The position numbers and the translations under genes were made by a program. This document shows, piece by piece, positions 12,680-26,209 of a stretch of 64,000 bases of DNA (positions are counted from its first letter, which is position 1; each line of letters starts with the position of its first letter). This DNA is from Octopus sinensis (Eukaryota): NCBI RefSeq assembly GCF_006345805.1, contig NC_043012.1, positions 52,514,001 through 52,578,000 on the forward strand, given 5' to 3'. The notes below the pieces were generated by a model. That model made no database searches and had not been told where the DNA came from. It worked only from the letters and a program-made list of their open reading frames with translations.

Positions 12680-12908
12680 TGGAGGCGCGTGGCTTAGTGG
12701 TTAGGGTGTCAGCTTCATGATCGTAAGATTATGGTTTCGATTCCTGGACCGGGAGACGCGTTGTGTTCTTGAGCAAAACACTTCATTTCACGTTGCTCCA
12801 GTCCACTCAGTTGGCAAAAAGGAGTAACGCTGCGATGGAACAGATACGCCTTAGAAACCGGGAAACCGGGCCCCTAACCCTAGCTAGGCTTTAAAAAAAC
12901 GGCGCATT
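12680..12908 (+). mobile_element. SINE-C copy
   Basis: tRNA-like head TGGCTTAGTGGTTAG..GGTTTCGATTCC; AACGCTGCGATGG and GAAACCGGGAAACCGG blocks shared with 25066-25365. Confidence 0.8.
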
Positions 12909-12952
12909 CATGTATATATATATATGTATATGTATGTTTATTTATGTATATT

Positions 12953-13019
<67 letters not shown>

Positions 13020-13314
13020 ATATATATATGCATGTATTTATATATATACATATATGTGTGTGTGTATATCTATATATTTATATGCATGTGTATGAGCACA
13101 CGCGCGCGTTTGTGCGTATGTGAGTGTGTGTGTGTACACAACCATAAATTTTATAACGAACAAAGTACACATCTGAACAATTTATTTCACCAGGTTGATT
13201 GCTTACACTAAGAGCTGTTTGCTTCTTTGAAATTTTGTTCTTGTTTTAGCTATATATATATATAGCAATATGGTTTATATTGCGCCCAGTTGCCCACAAT
13301 AATAATATATATAG

Positions 13315-13415
13315 CTAGCTATCTATCTATCCATCCAGATACATACATGCTTACATAAAACCATACATAAATACATACATACATACATACATACATACAT
13401 ACATACATACATACA

Positions 13416-13447
<32 letters not shown>

Positions 13448-13460
13448 CATACATACATAC
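13315..13460. repeat. (ACAT)n microsatellite
   Basis: Direct reading. Confidence 0.9.
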
Positions 13461-13528
13461 GTATGTATGTATATCTTAGAAAGATACCTTTTGTAGGAGA
13501 TGGTCAAGAGTAATTTCCAAATTTTATA

Positions 13529-13770
13529 GTGGAGGCACATGGCCTAGTGGTTAGAGCAGCGGGCACGCGGTCGAGGGATCGCCGGTTCGAATCTCAGACC
13601 GGGCGATGTGTGTGTTTATGAGCGAAACACCTAAGACCCATGAGTCTCCGGCAGAAGGTAATGGCGAAATTCTGCTGACTCTTTCGCCTCAACTTTCTTT
13701 CACTCTTTCCTCCTGCATCTTGCAGCTTACCTGCGATGCACCGGCGTCCCGTCCAGGTGGGGAACATACG
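13529..13770 (+). mobile_element. 3'-truncated SINE-C flanked by a 72-bp direct duplication
   Basis: A-box TGGCCTAGTGG, B-box GGTTCGAATC. Duplication at 13456-13527 and 13765-13836 with 4 mismatches. Confidence 0.85.
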
Positions 13771-14224
13771 TATGTATGTATATCTTACAAAGATATCTTT
13801 TGTAGGAGATGGTCAGGAGTAATTTCCAAATTCTATGAATAGTATGAGTTCGCTGAAACAACCTGGATTGCCCAGAGTAATGCATTTCAACAGCAAAGAC
13901 AAAATAAGGGTCTACCAAATAATATACAAAACCAGTGTTTAGTTTACTAAGATTCTCCTTGCTTCGAGAGGGACTAAACAAATGTTTAATGGTAATTGCT
14001 ACCAGCTACATTTGAAGACACAATCTCGAGAATAAAGAATTCTTGGAATCGATATGTCATTAAAGAAGAGACAGCTTGTTTGTTTGTTTGTTTGTTTGTT
14101 TGTTTGTTCCATTTTGTTCTTGCTGTGTTTGTTTCTTTGTTTTTTTTCTGGAGACAAGAGGAAAATAGTGGGTAGGTGTCTGCACCCCCACAAAAGTAAA
14201 AGAAGAACGTAGCCGGAAGCAGAT

Positions 14225-14667
14225 GAAGTAAAAGAAGAAGAAGAAGAAGAAGAAGAAGAAGGAGAAGGAGAAGGAGAAGAAGAAGAAGAAGAAGAGAAGA
14301 AGAAGGAGAAGGAGAAGAAGAAGAAGAAGGAGGAGGAGGAGGAGGAGGGGGAGAAGAAGGAGAAGGAGAAGGAGAAGGAGAAGGAGAAGAAGAAGAAGAA
14401 GGAGAAGGAGAAGGAGAAGAAGAAGAAGAAGTAGAAGAAGAAATTGAAGAAGGAGGGGAGGGGAAGGAGGGGGAGAAGGAGGAGAAGAAGAAGAAGAAGA
14501 AGAGAGGAGGAGGAGGAGGAGGAGGAGGAAGCGGAGGAGGAGGGTGTGGGGGGAGAAGAGGAAGGAGGAATAGAAGAAGGATAAGAAGAAGAAGAAGAAG
14601 AAGAAGAGAAGTAGAAGAAGTAGAAGAAGAAGAAGAACAACAACAACAAGAACAAGAACAAGAAGAA
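14225..14667 (+). repeat. (GAA)n/(GGA)n purine tract
   Basis: Direct reading. Confidence 0.95.
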
Positions 14668-15190
14668 GCGCTTTATTCACTAAATTGTGATGTTACTACA
14701 GCATAATCGAAAAGTGCATAATTCAAAAAATATAAAATCATTATGAAGAGAAAATATTTTGTATTTCATTTTGCTTTAACGTTTCTCGGCGGACGTTTTC
14801 CGGCGTTTTGACAAGCTAAAAGAGAGCAGTGTTTTCCGACAGCGTCCTCCTGATTTCTTAGAGTGAAGCAAGTTTAGTTACACAGTCAAGAATAAACACA
14901 CACCCACTGTGATTTATTTGCTTAAAAGAAGATGCTTTTTTTCTTATATTTTCATTTTAAATAACTCGAGCTTCCTGATGTATGTTTAACCTGCTGAGAC
15001 AAATTAAAGGTAGATAACATAAAAATTTGGAAACAAATGTCAAGCGCACGATGACACTTGGGCCTGATAAAATTAAGAATGTTGCTTTCAGTAAATGGAA
15101 AACAATACAACTAGATAGCTATAGAATCACATACACAACACGTGCAGATGCATATACACAAATATACATACATCTATGTGCTCTTACTAT

Positions 15191-15620
15191 TCTTACCTGT
15201 TTCAGTCATTTGACTGTGGCCATGCTGGAGCACCGCCTTTAGTCGAGCACATCGACCCCTAGGACTTATTCTTTGTAAGCCTTGTACTTGTTCTATCGGT
15301 CTCTTTTGCCGAACCGCTAAGTTACGGGTACGTAAACACACCAGCATCGGTTGTCAAGCGAAGTTAGGGGGACAAACCCAGACACACGAACATACACACA
15401 CATACACACACACACGCGCGCACACACACAAACACACACACATATATATATACATATATACGACGGGTTTCTTTCAGTTTCCGTCTACCAAATCCACTCA
15501 CAAGGCTTTGGTCGGCCCGAGGCTATAGCAGAAGACATTTGCCCAAGGTACCACGCAGTGGGAATGAACCCGGAACCATGTGGTTGGTAAGCAATCTACT
15601 TACCACACACCCACTCCTGA
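15191..15620 (-). mobile_element. SINE-B copy with internal microsatellite
   Basis: Collinear with the plus-strand copy at 42201-42645: tRNA-like head, CCTTGGGCAA block, tail GGCGGTGCTCCAGCATGGCC..GACTGAAACA. Confidence 0.9.
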
Positions 15621-15846
15621 GGTACATATACATGTTTGCGTGAGCGAGAGGGTGGGGGGTTGTGCATTGTGTTGACTCAAATGTACTGCAATATTTTGGT
15701 TACTTATTTGCTTGTATTCGTCAAGTTCCCAAGTACCGATAAAGGCAGCCTAGTATTCAAGGTAAAGGCCATCGTGTTGTGAGGTATGAAGCCACCTTTC
15801 TTCTAGTTTTCTGATCCTATGCTGATACCAGTTTTTACCCTTCGAG

Positions 15847-16061
15847 GCTAAACAAGAACAACAGTAATCACAAAACTACAAACAGCACCAAAAAGAAACA
15901 AGAATAATAACAACTGCAGCAGTAAATATAACACCATAGCATCACAACGACCAATAACAAAAATAAGAGCAACATTTAAACATCATAACACCATCGGCAC
16001 CGACACCAAAAAATAACAACAACAACAAGAACAACCTCTAACATATCGCCAGAAATGCATT
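15847..16061 (+). repeat. About 200-bp CAA-rich direct repeat, copy 2
   Basis: Matches 9086-9283. Confidence 0.85.
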
Positions 16062-16064
16062 CAC

Positions 16065-16400
16065 GGTCATTTGGTTGATGCAGGTAGTGAACCATGGATC
16101 CGAACAAGTGATATTCCGAGAGACGTAGGTCAGGACTCTATGCTGGTCGTAATACTCTCAAGTTCGTGGAATTTATGTCAGGTTGTTCGAACTTGCGTTG
16201 TTTTGCAGCAGATGAACTCGCTCTCCGTTAACCAAAGCCGAGTATTTTTACTGCAAAAAGGTATTTATCTGTTCCAGAGTACAGGTGGTATCGATTGTTC
16301 GACAATCCTGAACGAACTCATTAGGCATTATCGTTTCATAGTTCCATCAGACGCATCACCTTGTGTCGAAAGCGCCCATAACTGGCGAAAAGTTCCGGAA
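16065..16400 (-). pseudogene. Mariner transposase C-terminal fragment
   Basis: Minus strand gives VHLLQNNAS (cf. LLHDNARPH) and PA*SPDLRLSEYHLFGSMVHYL (cf. PPYSPDLAPSDYHLF). Confidence 0.75.
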
Positions 16401-16444
16401 GCTGACCCTTGCTTAACCACTGCTAATGTACGTTAGGACTGCCT

Positions 16445-16612
16445 GAACAATATTTCCCTCGGATTATTACTTGCCTCCTAATCCATGGCGCACTTCCGGC
16501 GTTCTCATGGCTTCTTCAACCAAGAAATTGAATGTTCAGTGAAGGAGTTTTTCACTCCGAAGGACAAGAACTGGTATTCCGTGGGATCAAAGAACTGGTA
16601 GAAAGGTGACTT
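16445..16612 (+). pseudogene. Mariner transposase extreme C-terminal fragment
   Basis: Frameshifted SDYYL..SMAHF..KEFFTPKDKNWY..GIKELVER. Confidence 0.75.
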
Positions 16613-17242
16613 CCGTCTGTACAACTCATGTTTCTACATAAGCCATAAAAGAATTCGTTTTACCGAGATGTATATGTCTGGAGCATCAACGAATTGTAGA
16701 AATATTTATTAAACCCAATATTTGAACTCAGTAATCGCCCCAAAAGTCGAAGACATTTGGTGGGTTAAAATTTGGGCAATATAAGCGGGATCCAAATTAT
16801 ATCACCTCAACCAGTTGCGCTTCTGCTGAACTTAGAATGAAGGGTGCTGCTAAGTCTATCATTTATACTAGGAATGTATTTGAATATTTCTACTTTACAA
16901 TCGACAGGGCGTCTGAAAATGAATCCACTGCCTCAATCCTTCAGATGTTAGAAATTGCACTTAAATCTCGCTCATATCATATCTCGCCTAACAAAGATAG
17001 GATTTTCATAAACGAAACGCCTTCTGCTTCAAAGGTTACGAAACAGGAAAAAATAAAACATCGATGAAAGTATATGAAGCGGAATGGGCAAGTTGGTGAA
17101 ACACTCATTTTTTGTAGTTATTTACTCGCTTAAATTCAAAGCGCTTTGTGACGGTATATATCAGTAAAGAAATCTCAGATTTGTTACGATTTGCAATCTA
17201 GCCACATACCTACTTTTTAAAAAGTAAGTATGTTGCTGTATA

Positions 17243-17495
17243 CAGGGTCCTGAAATAAATTGAAACCAATTTTATTCAGTTGACTTAGTGGGTTTAACAT
17301 TTCATTTTTTGACAAAACCTTGCTTACTTGAACATCTAATCCTCCTCTTTATTTTTCAGGTAAATAGCGAACTGATTCGACAACAGAAAGTCATGGAATA
17401 ACAGAATTGTTGTTTTAGCGCCCCCACACACTGCTAATAAAATTAAGTTGACAGGACTTCCAAAATCAATAGTTTATCGTGTGTATAAGACCCTG
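17243..17495 (+). mobile_element. Short Tc1/mariner-derived non-autonomous element
   Basis: TA-CAGGGTC...GACCCTG-TA termini. Internal LTGLPKSIVYRVYK resembles a transposase HTH. TIR match is only 7 bp. Confidence 0.55.
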
Positions 17496-19849
17496 TAAAA
17501 GCTAAGAAACACAGCTTCTCCACTATCGTGCAGTCAACCGCAAAATCTTTTACAATCAGAACTCTGTTCTGTTGAGGACTGCTGCCAAACGTCCTTTGAC
17601 CTCCGTTTATTGTCAGTCACCTTTGCCACATACGTCTTCCATCTGCGAAAGACGCATCCTATAATTTAGGTATGTTAATCCGGTTATGGACCTCTTACTG
17701 GTCACTACCAGATGCTGGAAACTCATCTCAGAACTCGCCAGGAGCAGATATGTGTCTTGATGAAGTAGCTAAATACTGAAGACATCAAGATGTCAAAACA
17801 TTTTAAAACACTCTTCCAAGACATACTGTGTTCGAAATATTAGCTGGTGTTTCTTTCCCTAAAAATCTTTCTAACATACGTAATTTTCCTTTTCTTTATA
17901 GTTTTAACCTACCAGCAGTTACATTACTCTGGCGCTGCTTTCAAAGCTAAAGGGTGGTTCACTATGATACATATTTAGAGGTATTTTGACTGATTATTTG
18001 AGAATGAGTTACCCATCAGGGACGTAGTTTGGGTGCAGTCACTGGCTGTGTTATCATAATGAACTGAACCTATTAATTTAACATAAATATAATCAGAGTC
18101 ATACAAAGTTTAGGCTATTTTTAAATAGGATACGGCTTCAAAATCAGTTAATCTTTGCTTCTCGGTGCATCTTGTTTGATTTGAAAAATGTTACGCAGTA
18201 GTGTAAGGAAAAGTACTATTTGTGGAGGGTGGCACTTATCAGGCATACACAGAAAGTATGCCCCTTCTAACCGTTGCCCCAATGCTGCATTGCCGTCAAG
18301 AGAAAATTAATGATTTTTTTTACGTAGACCTGCAATTCTACCGACAGGATCCTAAATGAAGGTGATACAAATATTTTAGCTGATACATATTTTACAATTG
18401 TATCAATACAAAAAAACATACATTCCTAGAAGACTTTAAAAGAAGACATAGAAAACCTGAGTGAAAGAACGTTCGTTCCATTTTTAAACAATCTAATATA
18501 AGTGAAATGAAAAACCAGCAGCTCACTGACAACTTCTTAGATATCAGAATCTTTTCAAACAAAATATCAAGAGGCCATTTCTAATAAGCATCGATAAAGA
18601 ACTTGCTACAAAGAAATAATCTATCACGTTGTCTAAGACATTCAACACAGATACTTATTTTAACGAAAAGTAACTTTTCTATTTTCTCCTTGGTGGAAAT
18701 GACCAGAAATGCCGAGAGCAAAACATAAACTTTTCTCGATTCAGATAAGTTACACGTTCCTAAAGCGGTTGTTTTGATGTTTGCTGATAATTTAAACTAT
18801 ATGACCACAGTTCAACACAATCTTTGTATCAGCATTTTATTATTGGAAGCTTTTGTTTTCATTTCCCATTATATACACATAGAGATAGGATAGACTGTCT
18901 TACGGTTTCAAGTTTTAATTCTTTGTGATTCAGACACATTACAATGCTAAAATAAAATTCACAACATTTATTGTGCAAACTAAGTAAATCATTAAAAAAA
19001 AGGAAGTATATTTATCCACAAATTCACTCGCTCAATATTTACTTATCTCGACTGAATGTCATAGAGTTCATTGTATAAAAACTTTTCCTAATCAATTCTT
19101 GTTGTTGTTTAACCCCAGGTCAACTTTGATTGAGTAGACCTATAATTAAAGGTATTCCAGCAGCGATTATCTCGTCTTTTGTTACACATAGAACTAAATT
19201 GTCTAAAGTGTCATTCCAGTTTCCAGACGATGTGCGATGTTTTTCTTTAACTGCTTCTTCATGCAAATAAAGCAACCATGACTTTCCTTCGATGTTTCTT
19301 TCTTAATCAGTTCTACCCAGCGATCTGTGATAAGGATCCGTCTGATTTTACAGCAACATTCTTTAAGGTATACTATAATAGATTTTATAAAATCAACGCT
19401 GAAAGCTAAGAGATGTCTCGTGAACGAGGCACCGAATGTTTCAAGAACTAGTTTGATTTCTTAGAATGATAATCAGCACAACTCACTCAGGGATACCAAC
19501 GAGGTATTTCTGAGTGACCTGCTAGAAATAACAGTCAAATATCCTCTAAATACAAACTTTTTGCTCAAAGAAACACGTTAAATAATGTAAGGTAAGGCAC
19601 ACGGTACGGTCGACATCAACCACCGCCCAGTTTAATACCAACGTCTTGCACAGTGATGCTTGAGACATACTTCACTCTGTTTGATGCATTGGCGATCCTG
19701 ATCAGAGAGTATCTTCCTGCCTTCCTCCCATTATACTCGAAGACTCAGAAAGCGGTCATAGGTGTTGAACCTTCCTTAGTTTATCTTTAAGAATGCTTTT
19801 GTAAAAAAATAAATTACCTGTAATATACTACTGACCGAATCATCACCAC

Positions 19850-20235
19850 AACAGAGAAAGTGCTTAGTGGCATGTTGCCCGTCTTCATGCCCTGAGTTCC
19901 AATTCTTCCGAGAGTGACTTCAATTTTCATCCTTCTAGGTTCGATAAAATGGGGCCCAGTTGAGCACGGGAGTGGATGTAATCCACTCGTCCCCACCCAC
20001 TGAATTTCAGGCTTTGTGTGTCTTGTAGACAGAAAGAATGCGAAGAATTTTAATGGAAATGGTTAGGTGAAATGCTATCAAATCTCAGTAGTTGATTGAT
20101 ACTTCTTTTCATCGACCCTGAAGGGATGAAAGCCAAAACTGAGCTTCGTTAGATTTGAACGGAGTATCTAAAGAGTTAGAAAGCACGCTACGAGGTATTT
20201 TCTTACCTCCAACACGCTAATGATTCAGCCAGGTC
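19850..20235. mobile_element. Two old degenerate SINE-A copies facing each other (+ then -)
   Basis: TTTCATCCTTCTAGGTTCGATAAAAT on plus; ATCGACCCTGAAGGGATGAAAG on the opposite strand. Confidence 0.6.
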
Positions 20236-20449
20236 ATCGCATTAACCTTATATCTTTCATAATAACGTACTGGGTATTGTACATTGCCTCGGGGGCAGCA
20301 GGCGAGTACGGGGATGCAGGTGCTCAATGAAAAAATGCATTGAACCTGCTCCTGGAAAACTTCATGGGCAAAACAAACGAGTGGAGAGACGCTTTTTGAA
20401 CTGAATTACTTTTCCATTATTGGATTTATCTGATTTCAGTGATGTATAG

Positions 20450-20825
<376 letters not shown>

Positions 20826-20849
20826 TAATAGAACTGCTCTCTCACTCAA

Positions 20850-20854
20850 TAATA

Positions 20855-20952
<98 letters not shown>

Positions 20953-20965
20953 CATTATCATCATC
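20850..20965. repeat. (TAT)n array
   Basis: Direct reading. Confidence 0.95.
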
Positions 20966-23016
20966 ATACCTGTGTTCATTTTGATATCAAGATTGATAAA
21001 GATCAACCTTACTTTTTTTTTAATTGGACCTGGGCTCGCGCCCACTAAGCAAATTTCGTATCCGTACTTATGGCATTGTGAATTTATTAAATGAGATATC
21101 TGACTGGATAAGGTATAAATGTATTATAATTAATTTTTTTTTGCATATTTTTACTATCCATAACGAGTTATAGAAATACAAGGCATCAACGATAGCGATC
21201 ATGACCCGTATATTCTGTCCCCTAGCTGGTATCCTTCACCGACTTCCACTGGGCACAGAGACAGTTTTATCTGATCTCCAGTCTGCATGGAAACCTTAAC
21301 GTTACAGAACGTGCTGCTAAAAATAATAACCAAGTCTACCTCATTTTCATATCCTGTTTTCTTATAAAATACGCGATACATTTAATAACTGCTGCCTGAA
21401 ACAAAACAAAAACCGAATGGCCACGTTTGGAGAACTTTTGATTATAAACTTGCCTAATCAGGTCTGACTTGATATTAAGCGAAGACATCTGGTTTCTGTT
21501 ACACATTTATTGTGACAGATCAAAACCGAAAGCTTTTCTCATCTCTTAGCTAATCTATGCATATAAGATGAAATGTTGAGACATTTGGTATTACTTGGCA
21601 CACAGTCAGATCTGATCCACAGCGTTCCAGTCGTGACCATACCAACTTATTTATCTAATGTTATAGTATTCAGCTGTGGAGGTCCGGCACAGATATCACA
21701 ATGAACTTCGTACGTAGGTCCTACAATTCTACCAATTCCCAGTCCTTGATTGAGCGCCATAATTTCGATGAAAGAAGTCCAATACAAGGTAGTAGATGAA
21801 AAGAACTGTTAAATCTGGCTGTGAAGAGGTAGCTTCACGATGTCTCATCCTGCTCTGTTCGTTCTGACGGCAACGCCTGTCACGACACTGGTTCCAAGTT
21901 TTGCCTTTCCAATGGACATCGTTGGTGACATAAGCAGAGGTGGCTTGCATACATGGGCAATTTCTAACCTTTCTCTATAAAACCTTGCTTAGGACAGCTT
22001 CTGGACAAGGAACTGTCAGGTGTAAATACTCAGCTTATAACAGATAAAAACGGTAATATCATTCATGATCTACGTATGATGAAGTGTGAAAGATGCGGAT
22101 ATGTGATAAGATGGCGCAGTGTAATATAAGGAGGCCTGGTTGCTAGAACAACCAAATGTTCTCACATGATACCCAATATTCCAAACAACCAGAAATATTC
22201 CATCTGTGCGCATCCGTTGCCTGGTACACGATTCTATTACAGTGATAGATGGGTTCTTTCGATTTTGTTCTCTTAGAGAAGGGAAATTTGAATATGAAAC
22301 AATATTTTCTGTAAAATACAGCACAAATTAGAAGTGTTTCCTCTTCTTTCCCTCCAGTAAAAACTGTAAAGCATTTATCTGTAATATCAATATGAAAGCA
22401 GACAATCTCTTGCGGAGAGATAATAAAATAGAATAATTATAACTATTATCGAGTAATAATAACTATTATCGAATAACGGTAAGTATTATTATAGTATTAT
22501 CAGTCGAAAATTGCCAGAAATTTCTCACTCCTTTATCAACTGCCAACATCTCACATCTCTGCCAACTTTTCGATATAATTTATCTCGTTTAAAATATATT
22601 TATACTTAACTCGTAACTCGTTACGTTTCTAGTTCTCCTCTAGTCAGCAATTTCAAGGTGAGCGATCAACTAGAAATTAAAATGGTCGAGACAGTGAAAG
22701 AGACTCTATGTTGTTGCTCGAATTACAGGCAAATCATCCTTAACACTCTTACCCAACGGTTTTTATTATCATTATTATTATCATTATTATTATTGTTGTT
22801 GTTATTGTTATTGTTGTTGTTGTTATTGTTGTTGTTTAATGCTGGCCACGTATTTGAAGTCATTAATCTTTCTTCAGTCAGCGTCATACAATAAATATTT
22901 GATGAACATAAGAAATGCCTTCAAGAGGTCGCACGTCTTAGTAGAAATAGCAACTAAATTTTCGTTGATTCAAGCCCTGCCGTCATATGTAGGTAAGAAT
23001 GCATTTGATAATATTA

Positions 23017-24090
23017 GGTCATCCCGTAAATAATGCGTTTTTTCAATTACAGGAACTGAAAGTCGGAGAGAGACGGGATGAAACTCCTGCATCAACTTGC
23101 TATAGAAGCAAGTAGTAATTTTACATTGAACTTATTTTTAGTTCTGAAGAGTGCAGTTCGATCTTAACAATAATTTTTTGAAACCTATAATGGAAGTGAG
23201 AAAGGAGTATATTCAGCATATTTTGCTTTATGAGTTCAATAAAGGCAACAACGCAACGGAAAGTACGAGGAATATTAATGCAGTATATGGGGATCGGACA
23301 ATAAGCGTAAGCTCGTGTCAACGGTAGTTCCAAAAACTCTGAGTCGGAAGCTACAGCCTAAACGACGAGCCTCGTCCTTGAAGATCTATAGAGCTTGACG
23401 AGGGCGTCCTGCAAACCGTGATAGAACAAAATGCCATCGTAACTGTTGAGGAACTGGAAGAAAAGCTTGAATTTCGTCATTCAACAATTCATCGACACCT
23501 GCGTGCCATCGGAAAAGTCTGCAAATTGGGTCAATGCGTTCTTCATAAAATTTCCGAGTTTAATCATGCGTCGAGTGTGAATGTGTGTTCTTCTTTGCTT
23601 CCACGTCTCACAAATGAACCTGTTTTGGACCGAATAGTGACTGGTGACGAGAAGTGGGTTCTTAATAAAAATTTCAATCACCGAAGCCAGTGATAGGGAA
23701 AGGAGAAACACCAGCACCCCAGACTAAAGAAGGTCTTCACATAAGTTGTTATCTGTTTGGTGGGATAGGAAAGGTTTAGTGCACTTTGAACTTTTTAGCC
23801 TAAACCAAGCGATAACAAGAGATCTACTGCGAGCAGCTTGAGAGGTTTAAGTCAGCGCTAGAAGGAAAACGAGCATCTTTGGTTTAAAGACGAAAAGTGT
23901 CCTTCCATGAGGATAATGCTCGGGCACATACAGCGAGGATGACATTCCAAAGTCTGGAGCACTTGGAATGGGAAACAATGCCCCACCCATCATATTCGCC
24001 GGACATTGACTCAGTAGGTTATCAATTATTCCGCAATATTCAAATTTGTCAAGATGGAAAAATGTGAATTCTATAGACGAGATCAGAACA
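23017..24090 (+). mobile_element. Mariner element, near-complete pseudogenised DD34D-type transposase, right end missing
   Basis: TA + left TIR GGTCATCCCGTAAATAATGCG. ATG at 23190 gives MEVRKEYIQHILLYEFNKG..; DRIVTGDEKWV, WWD.KG, HEDNARAH, PHPSYSPD motifs; several stops and frameshifts. Confidence 0.92.
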
Positions 24091-24284
24091 GCAGACTGAC
24101 TGATACTGTTTAGGATTTATATTTGTATGTGTTTGGGTGAGGGGTTTGCAGCTTGGTCGCAGTGAGAAAGAGTAGGTAAATAGAATTAGAGTAAGAAAGA
24201 ATGAATTAAAAAGAGATTATTGAACTAATATTTCCTCAGAGATGACACCATCTCTTCATGAGGCTAGCATAATCTCTAACTGAA

Positions 24285-24604
<320 letters not shown>

Positions 24605-25065
24605 ATCCTCTTAGAATATCTTCTATCAGTGTGGGTTGAAGATTTTGAATTAAGTATATAGTACTTAATGGCAGTTACAATTGCTTTTGGGAAATCTAAT
24701 TTCTGTATTATCACTCTAATCACACTGAAAATGTATGCAGTTTATCAGATGCTAATGCGCAAATGAATACTTATGTGCAAATCGCAGACTGCACTAGAGA
24801 AATGATAAGAAAATGTACGACTATCATAGAGCTGTTACTTAATACCGCTGTTTATTAGTTTCTCCGAAGAGACAGGAAAAAACTGACTGACATTTTACAG
24901 TGTATCGAAATAAATACGTCACAGAATTTTATATACTTCAAGTATTATTTCTGATCAATTAAACTACCGGATCAAAGAAGTGGGGTTACTATGCATTTAA
25001 TACTTTAATACTTTATATCTAAGTCTCATTAGCTTCATGGTATTTGACAATGTAGTAGTTAACTG

Positions 25066-25369
25066 TGGAGGCGCAATGGCCCAGTGGTTAGGGCAGTGGA
25101 CTCGCGGTCGGAAGACCGTGGTTTCAATTCCCAGACCGGGCGTTGTGTGTGTTTATTGAGCGAAAACACCTAAAGCTGCACGAGGCTCCGGCAGTGGGTG
25201 GTGGCGATCCCTGTTGTACTCTTTCGCCCTAACTTTCTCTCACTCTTGTTTCTTGAGGAACGCTGCGATGGACTGGTGTCCCGTCCAGCTGGGCGGAGGG
25301 AACACATACGCCAAAGGAATCGGGAAACCGGCCCCATGAGCCTGGCTAGCCGTGAAAAGAAGAAATAAT
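25066..25369 (+). mobile_element. Full-length SINE-C with a 9-bp TSD
   Basis: tRNA-like head; TAGTTAACT at 25056-25064 and 25370-25378. Confidence 0.88.
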
Positions 25370-25524
25370 TAGTTAACTATATAAATATTGTTCGATTGGC
25401 TTATTGATTTCGTTATTATTAGTTCCGTGTTCATATTCACATAAGTGAAACTCCATAAATTAAGAAATCAGTTTCTAGTGATCCAGTCTATCAAAATATC
25501 ATTTTTTATCTTTTTACTTAATTT

Positions 25525-25690
25525 AGCCATTAGACTGGAATTTGGCCATGTTGTGGCATCGCCTTGAATGGATTAAGTGAAATCTATCTCGGTGCATCAT
25601 TTTAAAGTCTGGTACTTCCTCTATCGATCTGAATCGCTAAAGTACGAGCACGTAAAGTATCCAACGACTGTTATCAACCTGTAACGGAGA
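25525..25690 (-). mobile_element. Degenerate SINE-B 3' fragment
   Basis: GGCCATGTTGTGGCATCGCCTT..GGTACTTCCTCTATCGAT..GAATCGCTAA similarity. Confidence 0.55.
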
Positions 25691-26043
25691 CATTATTTAT
25701 ATTATTTACAATTACGAATATTTTTCATCATCTTGTTTGTTGTTAACACAAGATTTCGGCTGATATACCCGCCAGCCTTCATCAGGTGTCTTGGGGAAAT
25801 TTCGAACTTGGCTTCTCATTCCTAAGGTATCTTTCGATGTTGTTGCTGTTGTTGTTATTATTATTATTATTATATTTATTATCATAACGGCAACATCGAA
25901 AAATACCTTAGGAATGAGAACCCAGGTTCGAAATTTCCCCAAGACACCTGATGAAGGCTAGAGGGTATATTAGCCGAAACGTTGTGTTAACAACAAACAA
26001 GATGAGGACAAATGTCCGTCAATTGTAAATAATGTAAATAATG
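25690..26043. mobile_element. Inverted pair of Penelope-type pLTR segments (arms about 150 bp) with a microsatellite spacer
   Basis: 25690-25842 is the reverse complement of about 25890-26043; both arms contain the hammerhead core. Confidence 0.85.
25943..25988 (+). ncRNA. Minimal type-I hammerhead ribozyme, core intact
   Basis: Helix I GACAC/GUGUU; CUGAUGA at 25948-25954; extra A; helix II GGCUA/UAGCC; GAAA; palindromic helix III ACGU; predicted cleavage after U25983. Confidence 0.8.
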
Positions 26044-26209
26044 TGCATAATTCCTCATTTCTTAAACATAGAACTGTACTGTTACGGAGAGATTCCCAAA
26101 TACAAATATATACACAAATGCATATACACAAATATTTATCAAATCCTAGAGAACAGTCTTCAGCAAAGACAGGAAGGAAATATTGACAATATTCTTTTTT
26201 TTTTTAGCT

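Noticed and set aside
13529-13605. tRNA-like sequences with A and B boxes (also 12680, 25066, 29856-29910, 43920-43985)
   Set aside because: No complete cloverleaf or acceptor stem; they continue into SINE bodies.
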